This document shows positions 23,299 through 35,802 of a stretch of 64,000 bases of DNA, one piece after another (position 1 is the first letter of the stretch; every line of letters starts with the position of its first letter). The position numbers and the translations under genes are program-made. Source of the stretch: Mobula hypostoma (lineage: Eukaryota). The stretch covers positions 227,480,001-227,544,000 of the forward strand of contig NC_086097.1 of assembly GCF_963921235.1 (NCBI RefSeq), in the 5' to 3' direction. Under the pieces are notes generated by a model. The model did not search any database and was not told where the DNA came from. It saw only the letters and a list, made by a program, of their open reading frames with translations.

Positions 23299-26200
23299 AG
23301 ATGTCTTAGTTAGATCTGTCTACACTATTGCAATCTTGTGTCAGATCAGATGTGGGGCCCTTTCTCCACCAGCACATACTTTTATCAGGTGGGTGTAATA
23401 CGTCCTATTCGATGATGATTATAACTCTGTAATCTTGTACAGAAATTCTGAGATCCCTCAACTCTGAAAGCTCTCTTAGCAGAGCCTCCTGTTTCTCATC
23501 CTGATGTGACTTGCACCCTTCCTGCCTTTGGCAATCAAGCGACCTTTGGGTTTTCCACTAGTAGATTTACATAACACACAGACAAAATAGACCACAGTAC
23601 CATTCCCCTTTCTGTGGCCTTGTTTTTCAGCTGTACCAGAGAATCATGCTCCGAGCAAGACTGTTTCACAGTGCTGGCTCCACGTGGGTGTCTATTCCCC
23701 ATGCTGCTTCAAATGCTAGGTACAGCATACCAGAAGATTTTGCTTTCATACGCCAGCTGGAAAAATAACATTTGAAGATGGTACTATTTAGCCAGTACTT
23801 TATCCTGACCGCGTATTCATTAACAATTTCCTCCTGTCCCTGGCTGCATCTTGAAATTTTCTATTAGTGCTGCATTAAAATGCCCTTTCAAGGACTGGTA
23901 TAGTAAGAGATCACATCCATGGTTTGTTGTGCTCATACTCTCTCCAACCTCTCATGTGCCTCTGGTTTTATCATCAATAAATATATTAACTTCATCTTTC
24001 CATGTTCCATACCCAGGATCTCGGCGCTGTTGTTTTGCCTTAGAAATATCTCTAGGTCAAAAGGCTTAAGATCTTTAATAATTCTCAAATTCCCTAAATT
24101 TTCTACCATCACTTTAGCTTTACCTTAGAAATGAAGTTTTCTCTTTACTTGTGTTTGATCACTGCCCTCCACTTTCTCTAAACAGAGACATCTCAAGCCT
24201 GTCGCTGCCCATAAAGGCAAGCCACAGAGGCAAGGCTACCAAGAGAACCTCCTTTCTCAAAGGCATCAACCCTTAACTAACAACAGTGGTTGCTACAGCA
24301 ATGCATCGAAAATCACACCACGTGGTTACATATAGACTGTTGTTAAAGATCCATTATATTTATTTATTCACTGCCTGGCAGTGCCAACTTTTGACATTTA
24401 TAGGTCAGAAGAGCCTGACCAGCATAGAGAACAGCAAAACAACAGAGTGATGCTTTGGGGCAAATATATTAGAAAAGGCACTTTTGCTGTAGAAAAGACA
24501 TTGGATTTCTCTTATCTTTATTCTTACATTCTGATTGTTTTTAGGTTACACACCATCGAACGGATGTACAAGTCTGTTAAATTATTTCGTGTTGGAAGTG
24601 GACACATGGTTTTGATGAGACAGTGCTAATATACAGTTAACTAGTCTGTGAATTTGCTTTTCAACCAAGCATTCGTTTGATAAAAAAATGTTCTCTAAAA
24701 TTGAAAAATTCCAGTCTTTTGCTATTATATGACCTGAAGGTGACCTAGTGTCATCTTCTGTTCATGTACAGTTATCTAATAGAAATAGTTAGAGACATTG
24801 TTTGGACAGTGACCATTTTGAAATTAAGTACGTACTGTCACCCAGAAATCTGAATTACTGGATGGCTGTAAAGGTGACCTGCATAATTTTAGACCAAATG
24901 AAGTGAAGCCAATGTCCAACCTGTCATTATCCAATCATTTATAAATAAAGCCTTCTTTTGTGAAGTTTAGACACTGGGGCTTCTTTTCACAAAGCATTCT
25001 CTGATTTGCTAACGTATTTCATCTTTATAGTTTCTCTCACCAGTGGTGGTTCTTGATTGCCCTGAGCAATTTTGTTTTCCACTTTGGCATTTTCAGAGTA
25101 ATTGTTGAGAGATGCATTAGTAACAGCTTTATGAATGCTAACCTTAATTATGCAAGAAGCCGCTAGTTTTGTAACACCATCAGTAATTGGTTAACATTAA
25201 AATAAAATAGCTGTAACAACCTACAGTCATTGCTATTTAATTGTCAAGCAGGAAGCTATTGAGCGTTTTTGTCCCCATTCAAATTCACATGAGGGAAATA
25301 GATTTTTTTTTGTCCATATTGAAATTCACATGACATTGCTTTGTCCTATAATAACTAGGCTGTCATCTTGGACGCCGCTGCTCAAAATGCATTTCAGCAT
25401 CAGTTTGCATCCTCTTACCCAAAGGACTGATGCTCTAATTGAGATTATAACCCCTGCTAAGAAATGCGAATGGCAAGAGCCGGTAACATAATTTCATGGT
25501 GTAATTCACTGCGAATAAATCCATTTCAGCAATCAATTTAGATCCTCAACTACAACAAATGGTTTGAAGTTCACAGGAATTTACTTTCTGACTTATTTTG
25601 CGCTGTTTCTGTGTCAAAGAAAAATGGGACTAAATGGACAGAAGTTTTTTTTCGTCAAGCAATTGTTCATTGTTCTTTCTGTCTGATACCAAGACCTTTA
25701 ATTTTCTGTTTCATTGCACAGATGTGTAAGTATCTCATGAAAGTGGTAATTTCAGAATTGTAATGAACTAGGGTGCAGTGTAAGACTTTCATTCCACACC
25801 AGGTGGTATTTTGAACTTTAAGCCTAGAAGGGAGGTGACCTTTATCCTTATATGCTCAGTCATTTTTATCAAGCCTCTCCAAAGGGACTCATCATATGCA
25901 GGGCTGTGTGAAGAAGAAGAAGAATATTGTCCTTATCACCTCCTTCCAGAAAGTGGCAGAGTAATAGGACTTTGTAAGTAAAAATGAAGCTCAGTCTGAT
26001 GGCTGCTGATTAAAAATTGACTCTGCCACATCAAAGAAGAGTTGAAGGTGAAAATGATGTTCACTTCCTTCTCCCTGGGATATTGCACTGTTTCCTTTAT
26101 TCAACCTTGAAAGGTCCTTTCTGAATAAGATAATATCCCATGGGTCTATCCAGCTAGGCAGTATGAAAATGAATATCAGAATATCTGTTCTTTGTGGAAA

Positions 26201-28112
26201 ATAATATGCCATTTTGTTAATGACATGGCACTTTAAAGCTTTTGCTGCCTATCCTAAACGCAACAAAATTAATTCTTGGCTAACAGTGCAACTTAAAATT
26301 GAAGGTTAGCTTAATTACTGACTTTTGTTTAGTCAGAGATTTAATAAGATGGCAATCAGAGTCACTAAGTCCATTAGTTTCTCGGAAGCAAAATATTAAG
26401 ATTGACACCATTTGTGTAGAATAAAAATCTACCGAGAACAGGAATTTTATATAACACAGGACTGTGCTTTATGATGGTTTTAATGACAAGTGATGCAGAA
26501 TTGAACTGTTGGACACTTGTGCCGTCTTGTCATTATTGCTTTGATTTGGTTGAGCTGAGGTCAGACATAATGACAACTTTGCCCAAACTTGTCTGCATTT
26601 AGTTTCCAACTTAACAGCGCCATCCTACATTTTTAGTTAGCGATGTGTCGAACAGTTTGTATTCATTTAATTATAACCTAGCACGTTGATTCCTGAGTAT
26701 CAAAAGGCTATGAACTCAAGGTGATGATTAACTGCTCTGTCAAATAATTGCAAAAACGATTGCTTATAGAGGGCTACATTATCCTTTTGAACAGTGTGAT
26801 CATTAACTCCTTAAGGAAAAATGAAATGTGAAAATGCAGTTTAAGCTGCTTTATTTTCTTTTCAAAAATCTCAAGGCTTTTAAGGTACTGTTACTTAAAA
26901 GACACCAAAATTCTAATTTCAGATATAATTAAGTACAGTTCTATTGAAACATAAAAAGATGATTAAATGAGTTCAACAAACAGCATTGTAAAATGCTTAA
27001 TAAGACAGAATAATATTATTCATCCCATAGCACTTAACAATTACACATAATATTCATATCTTACCAATATCTCTTTTGATATATTTATAAGCTTTAAGAT
27101 TTATTTTAACATTTCTAATGTTCCTTATTAGCAATGCAGTAATAGAATAATTTATAATACAAATGCAATTTTCTTTTCATAGAATAGTAAAATTGATTCT
27201 GACTACAAGCCTACTTAAAATATGCAATGCTGGAGGTATAAAATATGTATGAAATTATGCAAATCTAGTGGAAAAAGACTTCTGGCAAATTATGTCTGCC
27301 AGATTTCAGAAGGTTTGCCAAATAGAAATAGAATGAGCATTCAGAAGAATGTTGGGACATCTGGTTACTTTTCCTCTTAATTTGAGGAAAATATTCTTTA
27401 TGCACTCACTTTAGAAGCGCTGCTACAATTGCTATTAGCATTTAAGGGAGCTGTGCATGCATTGTGAGTCCCCGCTATAGTTATTTCAATTCCTTAAAGA
27501 AATTCAGGAACGTGCCCTGCCCTTCCTCATTTTACTCCACTTGTTTTAAGATTCAAGAGCTTGAAGCAAAATTACAATGACATACCTTGCCGCCCTCTAA
27601 AACAGGTGCAGATTAAGCAGTGTAGGATTAATGCCAATTTTTTGCTCCATTACACATGTCACGCCAATTCTATGCTACCTTCTGATTTGACTTGAAAAAA
27701 TTGCAGCATCCAAATAGTGTTGGAATGGTCACACACCACAGCAGGGGTCCATTATTGTGCATGACTGGTTTCTGTTAAAGCTAAACGCTAAATATCTCAG
27801 AAATAGAGTAGAAAATTCCAGAAATAGTCAGCAAGTCAGACAGCATCTGTGGAGAGCAAAACAACATTAATATTTCATAATTATTAACCTGATACATTTA
27901 TCTTCAATGGGAGCCTACCACCAAACACATTTTTGCCTCCCCTTCTTTCTCTGCTTTCCACATGGATTACTCCCTCTGTGATGATCTTGACCATACAATC
28001 CTCCACACGTACAGTATCTCCCTCCTGGCACTTATCCTTACAAGCAGAAGTGCTACGCCTGATCATTCATCTTCTCCCTCACCATCGTTAGGGCCCTTAA
28101 CAGTCCTTCCTG

Positions 28113-28430
28113 GTGAAGCAACACTTCACCTGCAAATCTGCTGGGGTCACCTATTGTATCTGGTGCTCCCGATGCTGCCTCTTCTACATTGAGAAGATGC
28201 GACGTAGATTCGGGGACTGCTTTGTCGAGCACTTCCACTCCATTCGCAAAACGCAGGATTTCCTGCTGGCTAGCCATCTTAATTCCAGTCCCCATATGGA
28301 CATGTTGATCCATGGCCTCCTCTACTGCCATGATGAGGCCACTCTCAGGTCGGAGAAACAACACCTCATGTTCCGCCTGGGTAGCCTCCAGCCTGATGGC
28401 ATGAACATCAATTTTTCCTGCTTCCAGTAA
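28113..28430 (+). pseudogene. Penelope GIY-YIG endonuclease C-terminal remnant
   Basis: FTCKSAGVTYCIWCSRCCLFYIE..RRRFGD.FVEH...EKQHLMFRLGSLQPDGMNINF. Confidence 0.85.
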
Positions 28431-28715
28431 CATTCCCCTTCCCCCTTTCCCCTTCTTCCATTCCGCACTCTGGCCTCTTACATCTTCCCTTCTCCTCACC
28501 TGCCTATCACCTCCCCTGGTGCCCTTCCTCCTTCCCTTTCCGCCATGGTCCACTCTCCTATCCTGTCAGATTCTTTCTTCTCCAGCCCTCTGTGTTTGCC
28601 ACCAATCATCTCCTAGCTTCTTACTTCATCCCTCCTCCTCCACCCACCTGGCTTCACCTATCACCTTCCACTTTGTACTCCTTCCCCTCCCGCCTACCTT
28701 CTTATTCCAGTTTTC

Positions 28716-28753
28716 CAGTCCTGATGAAGCGCCTCAGCCCGAAACATCGACTG
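28716..28753 (+). ncRNA. Hammerhead motif in the pLTR of the GIY-YIG-bearing element
   Basis: CAGTC-CTGATGA-agcgcctcagccc-GAAACATC-GACTG; 5-bp stem I, with mutated stem II and stem III. Confidence 0.6.
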
Positions 28754-29194
28754 TTTATTAATTCCCACGGAGGCTGGCTGACCTGCAAATTGTCTCCAGC
28801 TTTTTGTGAGTGTTGCTGAGAATCAGAACTTTCTTTCTGTCTCTGTTCTGTTTAACAGAAGGCTGCATCTCTTAAAGTGAGGTGTATTGCAGCTGCACAG
28901 ACAGTGGAAGTCATTTGGAAGCTGTCCTGACGTGAAAAAAAGATGTAGTAGTGAAATAATTTAGAATAGAGCACACATTGCACAGTAAATTGTGGTCATC
29001 AGAGTGGAGAGGAATGGAGACGTGGTTTTTCTACAGGTAACCAGAAAGCCTTTTGAGCAATAAAAGGCAATGGGACAAAATATTGAGCCCTCATGGTACA
29101 GATACAGTACTGTGAGTTCAGTAAAACATGCTGAAAGTCAGTGAATCCATCTTCAAGGGCCATGCTCCAGTAACTGTTCCAACACAGCTCAGTA

Positions 29195-30051
29195 CACATT
29201 CTTATTATCAAAGAATGTATATTATATACCACCTTGAGATTTGTCTCCATACAGACAGCCACAAAACAAAGAAACCCAATAGAACCCATTTAAAAAAAGG
29301 CTGTTAAACGCCCAACATGCAGAAGTAAAAAAACAAATCATGCAAACAATAAAAAGTAAGCAAATAACATTCAGAACTGAAGTTCATGCAAGTGAGTCCA
29401 CAGCCAAGAAGCCATCATCACTGCAGCTGGTCCATTAGCCCATTAGTTGCAGGCCACAGCCTCAGCTCAGTGCAGAGAGGAGTAAACCTCATGAGCAGCG
29501 AGCTGAACACAAGCCTATCCCTCGCCTCTGGCCCCAACACCCTGACCTTTTCAACTTTCTCTGGTACTTAAATTGGTCAAACACAGGCCCTGCCACTTCG
29601 ATATGTTTTCAGGCCCAGGCCCTGCCACTTTGATACACTCTCAGGCCCACCCCTTTCCAACCTGGCCTGGTGCTTAAATTGGTCAAACGTTGGCTTGTTT
29701 GTTGCTCTCGGACCCAGACTCTGCCTTGCCTTGGTTCTGCCTCTTCTTACCGCCTCCATGTGCAACCCAGCAACGGCCAAATATTGGCTTATTCCTCGCT
29801 CTTGGCTGCGGGCCCTGCCGACTCGATGCGGCCTGTACACACCATGGCGGATCCATCCTGCACCTTCGTGACTTCAGTTCACACCGCAAAAATGCATGGT
29901 CGTACTGGCGATTCAAAAGCTCAACTCTGGAAGGGAAGTTACGGGCTGTTGACTGCAGTGATGGTTTTCGAGGAAGTATGTGATTAAGAAAGCAGTTAAT
30001 AGTTATGTTTGCTGCCAGCAAGTCGTCGCTGTGCTTCACCAGTGCCATCTT
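29195..30051 (-). mobile_element. Non-coding interspersed repeat, copy 2
   Basis: Homologous to 18280-18995; minus-strand start aagatggcactggtgaag. Confidence 0.7.
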
Positions 30052-30544
30052 AATCAGGATTTGTGACTAAACCTCCTATGCATTACTGTACCTTCACAAA
30101 TTTATCACTCCTGCAGAGTACAACCAACATCTTGCACCTAGCAAATATTGACAGCTGGGACTAGGACTGGTCAAGATCAGTTCCTTGATGATCTTCCTCC
30201 TCCCATACTATCCTCCTTTATCCTGCGACCTGTTCCAATATCCAAGCTGCAAATGCTATGGAAAGGTACCTCATCCTAACAGTCCGTTCACTTGGAACTA
30301 GTAGACTCCACTCCCCAAATCTGCTAGCCCGACAATCTGATCCTCAAGGTGCTTTCTCAGAAGGATAAATACACCAGTGATATTTACAAGGACTCCATCC
30401 TTAGATAATAGGGGCCTATTCCAGAAATCTAGTTAAATTTGTTGCACAAGCACACAGAGATTTTAATTCAGGAAGCCTTCAGAGAAAATTGGTATATTTG
30501 GATATTGCTCAAACTGTTTCAAATTGACTGGAACATTTTTTCAC

Positions 30545-30655
30545 TGAGGGCAATAAACAATTGATATTTTGGCTGAGACACTTCATCAGGACTGAAACGG
30601 AAGGAGGAAGGAGCCAGAATAAGAATGTGGGGTGGCGGGGGAGGGGAAGGAGAAA
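30545..30655 (-). mobile_element. Penelope pLTR fragment
   Basis: Reverse complement cagtcctgatgaagtgtctcagccaaaatatcaattg (decayed hammerhead). Confidence 0.65.
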
Positions 30656-31969
30656 TGGATGATACTTGCCAGCTGCTAACTCACAAAATGGCTGCTCAAA
30701 AGTCAAACTTGCATCAAAGCAGCACAAATTATCTACTCTATACACATTTACGCATTACCAGCTCCACACCAATGTGGCATCTGGCTCAACTCTGTGAATG
30801 TCATTCATGAACTGAAATCTAACCTGCAGCAACCCCAACTCTGTACCTTCGGAGAAACTGGTCCTTCGGTTTGGTTTTAAAAGCTGATGCACATTAGCAG
30901 CAAACGGAGCCAAGAGCTTAATCAGAGATTGTTTAGAGATGCCAGCAGACACCATTCTCACTTCTGGTTTTACGTAATCTGGGAATGAATAAACCACATG
31001 CCAAACATCTGCTTCCATTTAGGAAAAAGAAGTCAAGATTATTATGAATCCATAGTATCAGAAACTGTGGAAGCTATTAATGCATTTGTACTGCTGGAGC
31101 TGCCTGGTCTGCTTACACACGCACAACACAGATATACTGTGTATCTCGAGTTAACAGTGATCCATTTTCTAATTTTAATGTTCTTTAATAAATTCTTACC
31201 TAAAAAGTTATTAAATTTGGCATGTTGAATTCTATTCAATATATTGGATGTAATTGTTCACAATGAGTGTGTAAAATTTCTAGAGAGACAGTTCCTTAGG
31301 TATAACAATAATCTCATAATACCTGTAGAAAAATAGTTTAATTAACAATAAGGATTAAATGTGTTTTCAGAAAAATAGAGGATTATGTGATATTGTTCAT
31401 CTTAGCTGTCTGTTCACTTGGAACCAGTAGAATTAATCCTACAGCTCCCCCAAAAGTATGATTTAGTTCTGCTGAACTGAATATTAGAATATTGGCTGTT
31501 ATCCTGATTCAACATACACAAAGTTTTTAAATAAGTTGGAACAACGTCCATAAGCTTTCCAGTCTACTTGGCCTCTGGTATTCACTGGGTGCTGCCCTCC
31601 AGTGTTCATTCTGTGGAAGGACAAGTGGACCAGGACAACTTGCCATCAATTCTACAGTCACGTCACTTCGGGGTTTGGGCTATATATTTTTTTCTTTATG
31701 ACTGTATCTAGTTTCTGAAATCATAACCATCTGTGATATTTGTGCTTCGTGCAGTGTGCTGTGTGTTTTGCATTTGGCCCCAGAGGAATGCTCTTTCGTT
31801 TGGCTATATTCATATATGATAAAATGTTAATTAAACTTGAACTTGTAAAAGTCTAAATAATATCCAAGTGTAGTGAGTTTCTCTAAAAAACCCCCAAATT
31901 AGAATCTCTCTGTGTTCTTGTAACAATTTTAGATGTTTTTTAAGAAAATAGAATGGAATGTGAATAATA

Positions 31970-32107
31970 GGCTCGATAAAGGGTTTGGCCCGAAACGTCG
32001 ACTGTTTACTCTGTTCCATAGAAGCTGCCTGACCCGCTGAGTTCCTCCAGCATTTTGTGTGCGTTGCTCTGAATTTCCAGCATCTGCAGATTGTCTTGTG
32101 TTTGTGA
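31970..32107 (+). mobile_element. Penelope pLTR 3' half plus tail
   Basis: agggtttggcccgaaacgtcgactg...tttccagcatctgcagattgtcttgtgtttgtga. Confidence 0.75.
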
Positions 32108-32324
32108 GGCCTCTATTACACTAAGGATGAAATCATTGTAATTATATCTGAACAAGTATTCACTGGTGCATTTATCTTTCCATTGCCTGTCTAATATCCG
32201 CAGATTTAGCATGGAAGAGTCAGGCAGAAATCCTTTTAAATCCTTTGTCTTGATCGTTCTAGTAATTTTCCACTCATGAAGCATTCCGTATATGTGAGGT
32301 TGCCTCTGGAACCAGTATTCCAGT

Positions 32325-35300
32325 AAGATGGTGATGCAGTTGAATGCAGAGGCCTCTCATGGGCCAACCTAAGGTGCACTTTTCTTTTTTTAATTCATTT
32401 TTTATGATTGTAAGATTATACTGGACTCCAAGAATTATGGGTATAGCAGGCCTACTGGATCAGTGATCTGCTTGTTGTTCAGAGCAGCCAGCTGGGGTGC
32501 AGAAAGTGTTGGCACTTGGGTTGGAGAAAGAGAAGCTGGCAGTCGGGAAGAAGAAAGAACAGTCAGTGGTCGGGTTGGAGAAGGAGAAATTGGTTATCGG
32601 TCGGTGAAGGAGAAGCCGGTGGTCGGGCGGTGAAGGAGAAGCCGGTGGTCGGGTTGGAGAAGGAGAAGCTGGTGGTCGGGTTGGAGAAGGAGGAGTCAGC
32701 GGACAGGTTGGTGAAGGATAAACCGGTTATCGGTCAGTGAAGGAGAAGCCGGTGATCGGGTTGGTGAAGGAGAAGCCGGTGATCGGGTTGGTGAAGGAGA
32801 AGCCAGTGGTCAGGTTAGAGAAAGAGAAGCCGGTGGTCGGTCGGTGAACGAGAAGCCGGTGGTCAGGTTGGAAAAAGAGAAGCTGGTGGTCGGGTTGGTG
32901 AAGGAGGAGCCGGTTATCTGTCTGTGAAGGAGAAGCTGGTGATCGGTCGGTGAAGGAGAAGCCGGTGGTCGGGTTGGTGAAGGAGAAGCCAGTGGTCGGG
33001 TTGGAGAAAGAGAAGCCGGTGATCGGTAGGTGAAGGAGAAGCCGGTGGTCGGGTTGGTGAAGGAGGAGCCGGTGGTCGGGTTGGTGAAGGAGAAGCCGGT
33101 GGTCAGTCGGTGAAGGAGAAGCCGGTGGTCAGTTGGAGAAAGAGAAGCCGGTGGTCGGGTCGGTGAAGGAGAAGCCGGTTGTCAGGTTGGAGAAGGAGAA
33201 TCCGGTGGTCGGTCGGTGAAGGAGAAGCCGGTGGTCGGGTTGGAGAAAGAGAAGCTGGTGGTCGGGTTAGAGAAGGAGAAGCCGGTGGTCGGATCGGTGA
33301 AGGAGAAGCCGGTGGTCGGGTCGGTGAAGGAGAAGCCGGTGGTTGGGTTGGAGAAAGAGAAGCCTGTGATCGGTTGGAGGAGGAGAAGCCGGTGGTCGGG
33401 TTGGTGAAGGAGAAGCCGGTGGTCGGTCGGTGAAGGAGAAGCCGGTGGTCGGGTTGGAGAAAGAGAAGCCGGTGATCGGTAGGTGAAGGAGAAGCCGGTG
33501 GTCGGGTTGGTGAAGGAGGAGCCGGTGGTCGGGTTGGTGAAGGAGAAGCCGGTGGTCAGTCGGTGAAGGAGAAGCTGGTGGTCAGTTGGAGAAAGAGAAG
33601 CCGGTGGTCGGGTCGGTGAAGGAGAAGCCGGTTGTCAGGTTGGAGAAGGAGAAGGAGAAGCCGGTGGTTGGGTTGGTGAAGGAGAAGCCGGTGGTCAGGT
33701 TGGAGAAAGAGAAGCCGGTGGTCGGGTCGGTGAAGGAGAAGCCGGTTGTCAGGTTGGAGAAGGAGAATCCGGTGGTCGGTCGGTGAAGGAGAAGCCGGTG
33801 GTCGGGTTGGAGAAAGAGAAGCCGGTGGTCGGGTTAGAGAAGGAGAAGCCGGTGGTCGGGTCGGTGAAGGAGAAGCCGGTGGTCGGTTGGTGAAGGAGAA
33901 GCCGGTGGTCGGTTGGTGAAGGAGAAGCCGGTGGTCGGGTTGGTGAAGGAGAAGCCGGTGGTCGGGTTGGAGAAAGAGAAGCCGGTGATCGGTAGGTGAA
34001 GGAGAAGCCGGTGGTCGGGTTGGTGAAGGAGGAGCCGGTGGTCGGGTTGGTGAAGGAGAAGCCGGTGGTCAGTCGGTGAAGGAGAAGCCGGTGGTCAGTT
34101 GGAGAAAGAGAAGCCGGTGGTTGGGTCGGTGAAGGAGAAGCCGGTGGTCGGGTTGGAGAAGGAGAAGGAGAAGCCGGTGGTTGGGTTGGTGAAGGAGAAG
34201 CCGGTGGTCAGGTTGGAGAAAGAGAAGCCGGTGGTCGGGTCGGTGAAGGAGAAGCCGGTTGTCAGGTTGGAGAAGGAGAATCCGGTGGTCGGTCGGTGAA
34301 GGAGAAGCCGGTGGTCGGGTTGGAGAAAGAGAAGCCGGTGGTCGGGTTAGAGAAGGAGAAGCCGGTGGTCGGGTCGGTGAAGGAGAAGCCGGTGGTTGGG
34401 TCGGTGAAGGAGAAGCTGGTGGTCAGGTTGGTGAAGGAGAAGCCAGTGGTCAGGTTGGTGAAGGAGAAGCCAGTGGTCGGGTTGGTGAAGGAGAAGCCGG
34501 TGGTTGGGTTGGAGAAAGAGAAGCCTGTGATCGGTTGGAGAAGGAGAAGCCAGTGGTCGGGTTGGTGACGGAGAAGCCGGTGGTCGGTCGGTGAAGGAGA
34601 AGCCGGTGGTCAGGTTGGAGAAAGAGAAGCCAGTGGTCGAGTTGGAGAAGGAGAAGCCGGTGATTGGGTTGGAGAAGGAGAAGCCGGTGATCGGTCAGTG
34701 AACGAGAAGCCGGTGGTCGGGTTGAAGAAGGAGAAGCCGGTGGTCGCGTTGGTGAAGGAGAAGCCGGTGGTCGGTTGGAGAAGGAGAAGCTGGTGATCGG
34801 TCGGTGAAGGAGAAGCCGGTGGTCGGGTTGGAGAAGGAGAAGCCGGTGGTTGGGTTGGAGAAAGAGAAGCCGGCAAACGGCTGACAGAAGTAGGAGCTGG
34901 TGGGCAGCTGGGTGAAGGAAAACCAGCGGTGAGCTCGAGAGGAGCTGACCTGTGTGCAGACCGTGCTGCTGCCTGCTACTTGAAAACATCAGAGATGGTG
35001 CATGAAAGCAGCGTGCAGTGTAACTGTGAGTGACTGTCTTAGATGTTCCTCTTGTGATCGCAAGTCCCTGTTGGACATTGATAATGTATGATGCTGCATG
35101 GTCTGTTTCCCTTGTTTGGTGGTGAGGCACATGACCAGGCAACACTCTGGCCTCGGTTGTAGCAAAGACTACGTCTCAAGCCGCAGGCTTGCCTGCTGTT
35201 ACAGTCCAGGTGGGGAGTTGCAGTGAATTGTGGCACCATGTTCAGTTGGAGGCTGACCTCTCCAGTCAGTGCTGCCTGCCAGTGTCCAACTGTTGGAATG

Positions 35301-35520
35301 ACAAGTTGGATTGCCGGGAGTTATACCATTAATTTGCATGCTAGTCAGGATTTTGGACTATACAAGTCCAATATTTCTTGTGTAATGATATGTATTTTTT
35401 TTTCTTCTCACTATTTTGAATGTATGCTCTGCATCTTGACCCCAGAGGAATGCTGTCTCATTCGACTGTATCCATGTATGGTTTGAATGATCATTAAACC
35501 TGATTTGATTTAATTTGATT
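32325..35520 (+). mobile_element. Probable non-autonomous retroelement hosting the minisatellite
   Basis: Starts aagatgg; 3' end (ccccagaggaatgctgtctcattcg...attaaacctgatttgatt) shared with short elements ending at ~31845 and ~53437. Confidence 0.45.
32515..34872. repeat. 27-bp minisatellite array (~2.4 kb)
   Basis: Unit GTGAAGGAGAAGCCGGTGGTCGGGTTG with 26-bp and GAGAAAGAGAAG variants; translates as repeated VKEKPVVGL. Confidence 0.97.
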
Positions 35521-35802
35521 CATTTTTCATGTAATACAGGTGAAATAAACCGAGAATGCAAGGCAGAGCTGTGTAAACATATAGGCTTTTGGTGAAGATA
35601 AAAATATTCAATAAGTCTTCTGTGCAAATCCTATTATTCAAGAGTTACTGGAAGTAAGGCAAGCCAATAAGAAAGTAATCACGCTAAATGGGCAATGTTA
35701 GCAACAAGAGCACACCAGCAAGACATATAAGTTATTTTCACCCCTGATTTTCACTGTCCTGGAACTACAACTCAATTTGATTCAAATCTTATGTTGTGAA
35801 TA

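Larger units (their letters stand above)
27888..28818 (+). mobile_element. Penelope-like element, 3' end with GIY-YIG domain and pLTR
   Basis: GIY-YIG ORF followed by pyrimidine-rich pLTR and hammerhead motif. Confidence 0.9.

Noticed and set aside
25874..25980. Possible ~100-nt exon ending in ttt|gtaagt
   Set aside because: Weak acceptor; the open frame (PLQRDSSYAGLCEEEEEY...) is not recognisable
30755..31018. 87-aa minus-strand ORF in unique sequence as a host exon
   Set aside because: No recognisable protein similarity and weak splice signals
32515..34872. CRISPR-like array
   Set aside because: Units are contiguous with no unique spacers; eukaryotic context and no cas genes
32516..35145. 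ORFs encoding KEKPVVGL / GEGEAGGRV / PPASPSPT repeats
   Set aside because: Translations of the 27-bp minisatellite, with frequent frameshifts from 26-bp units; no gene structure
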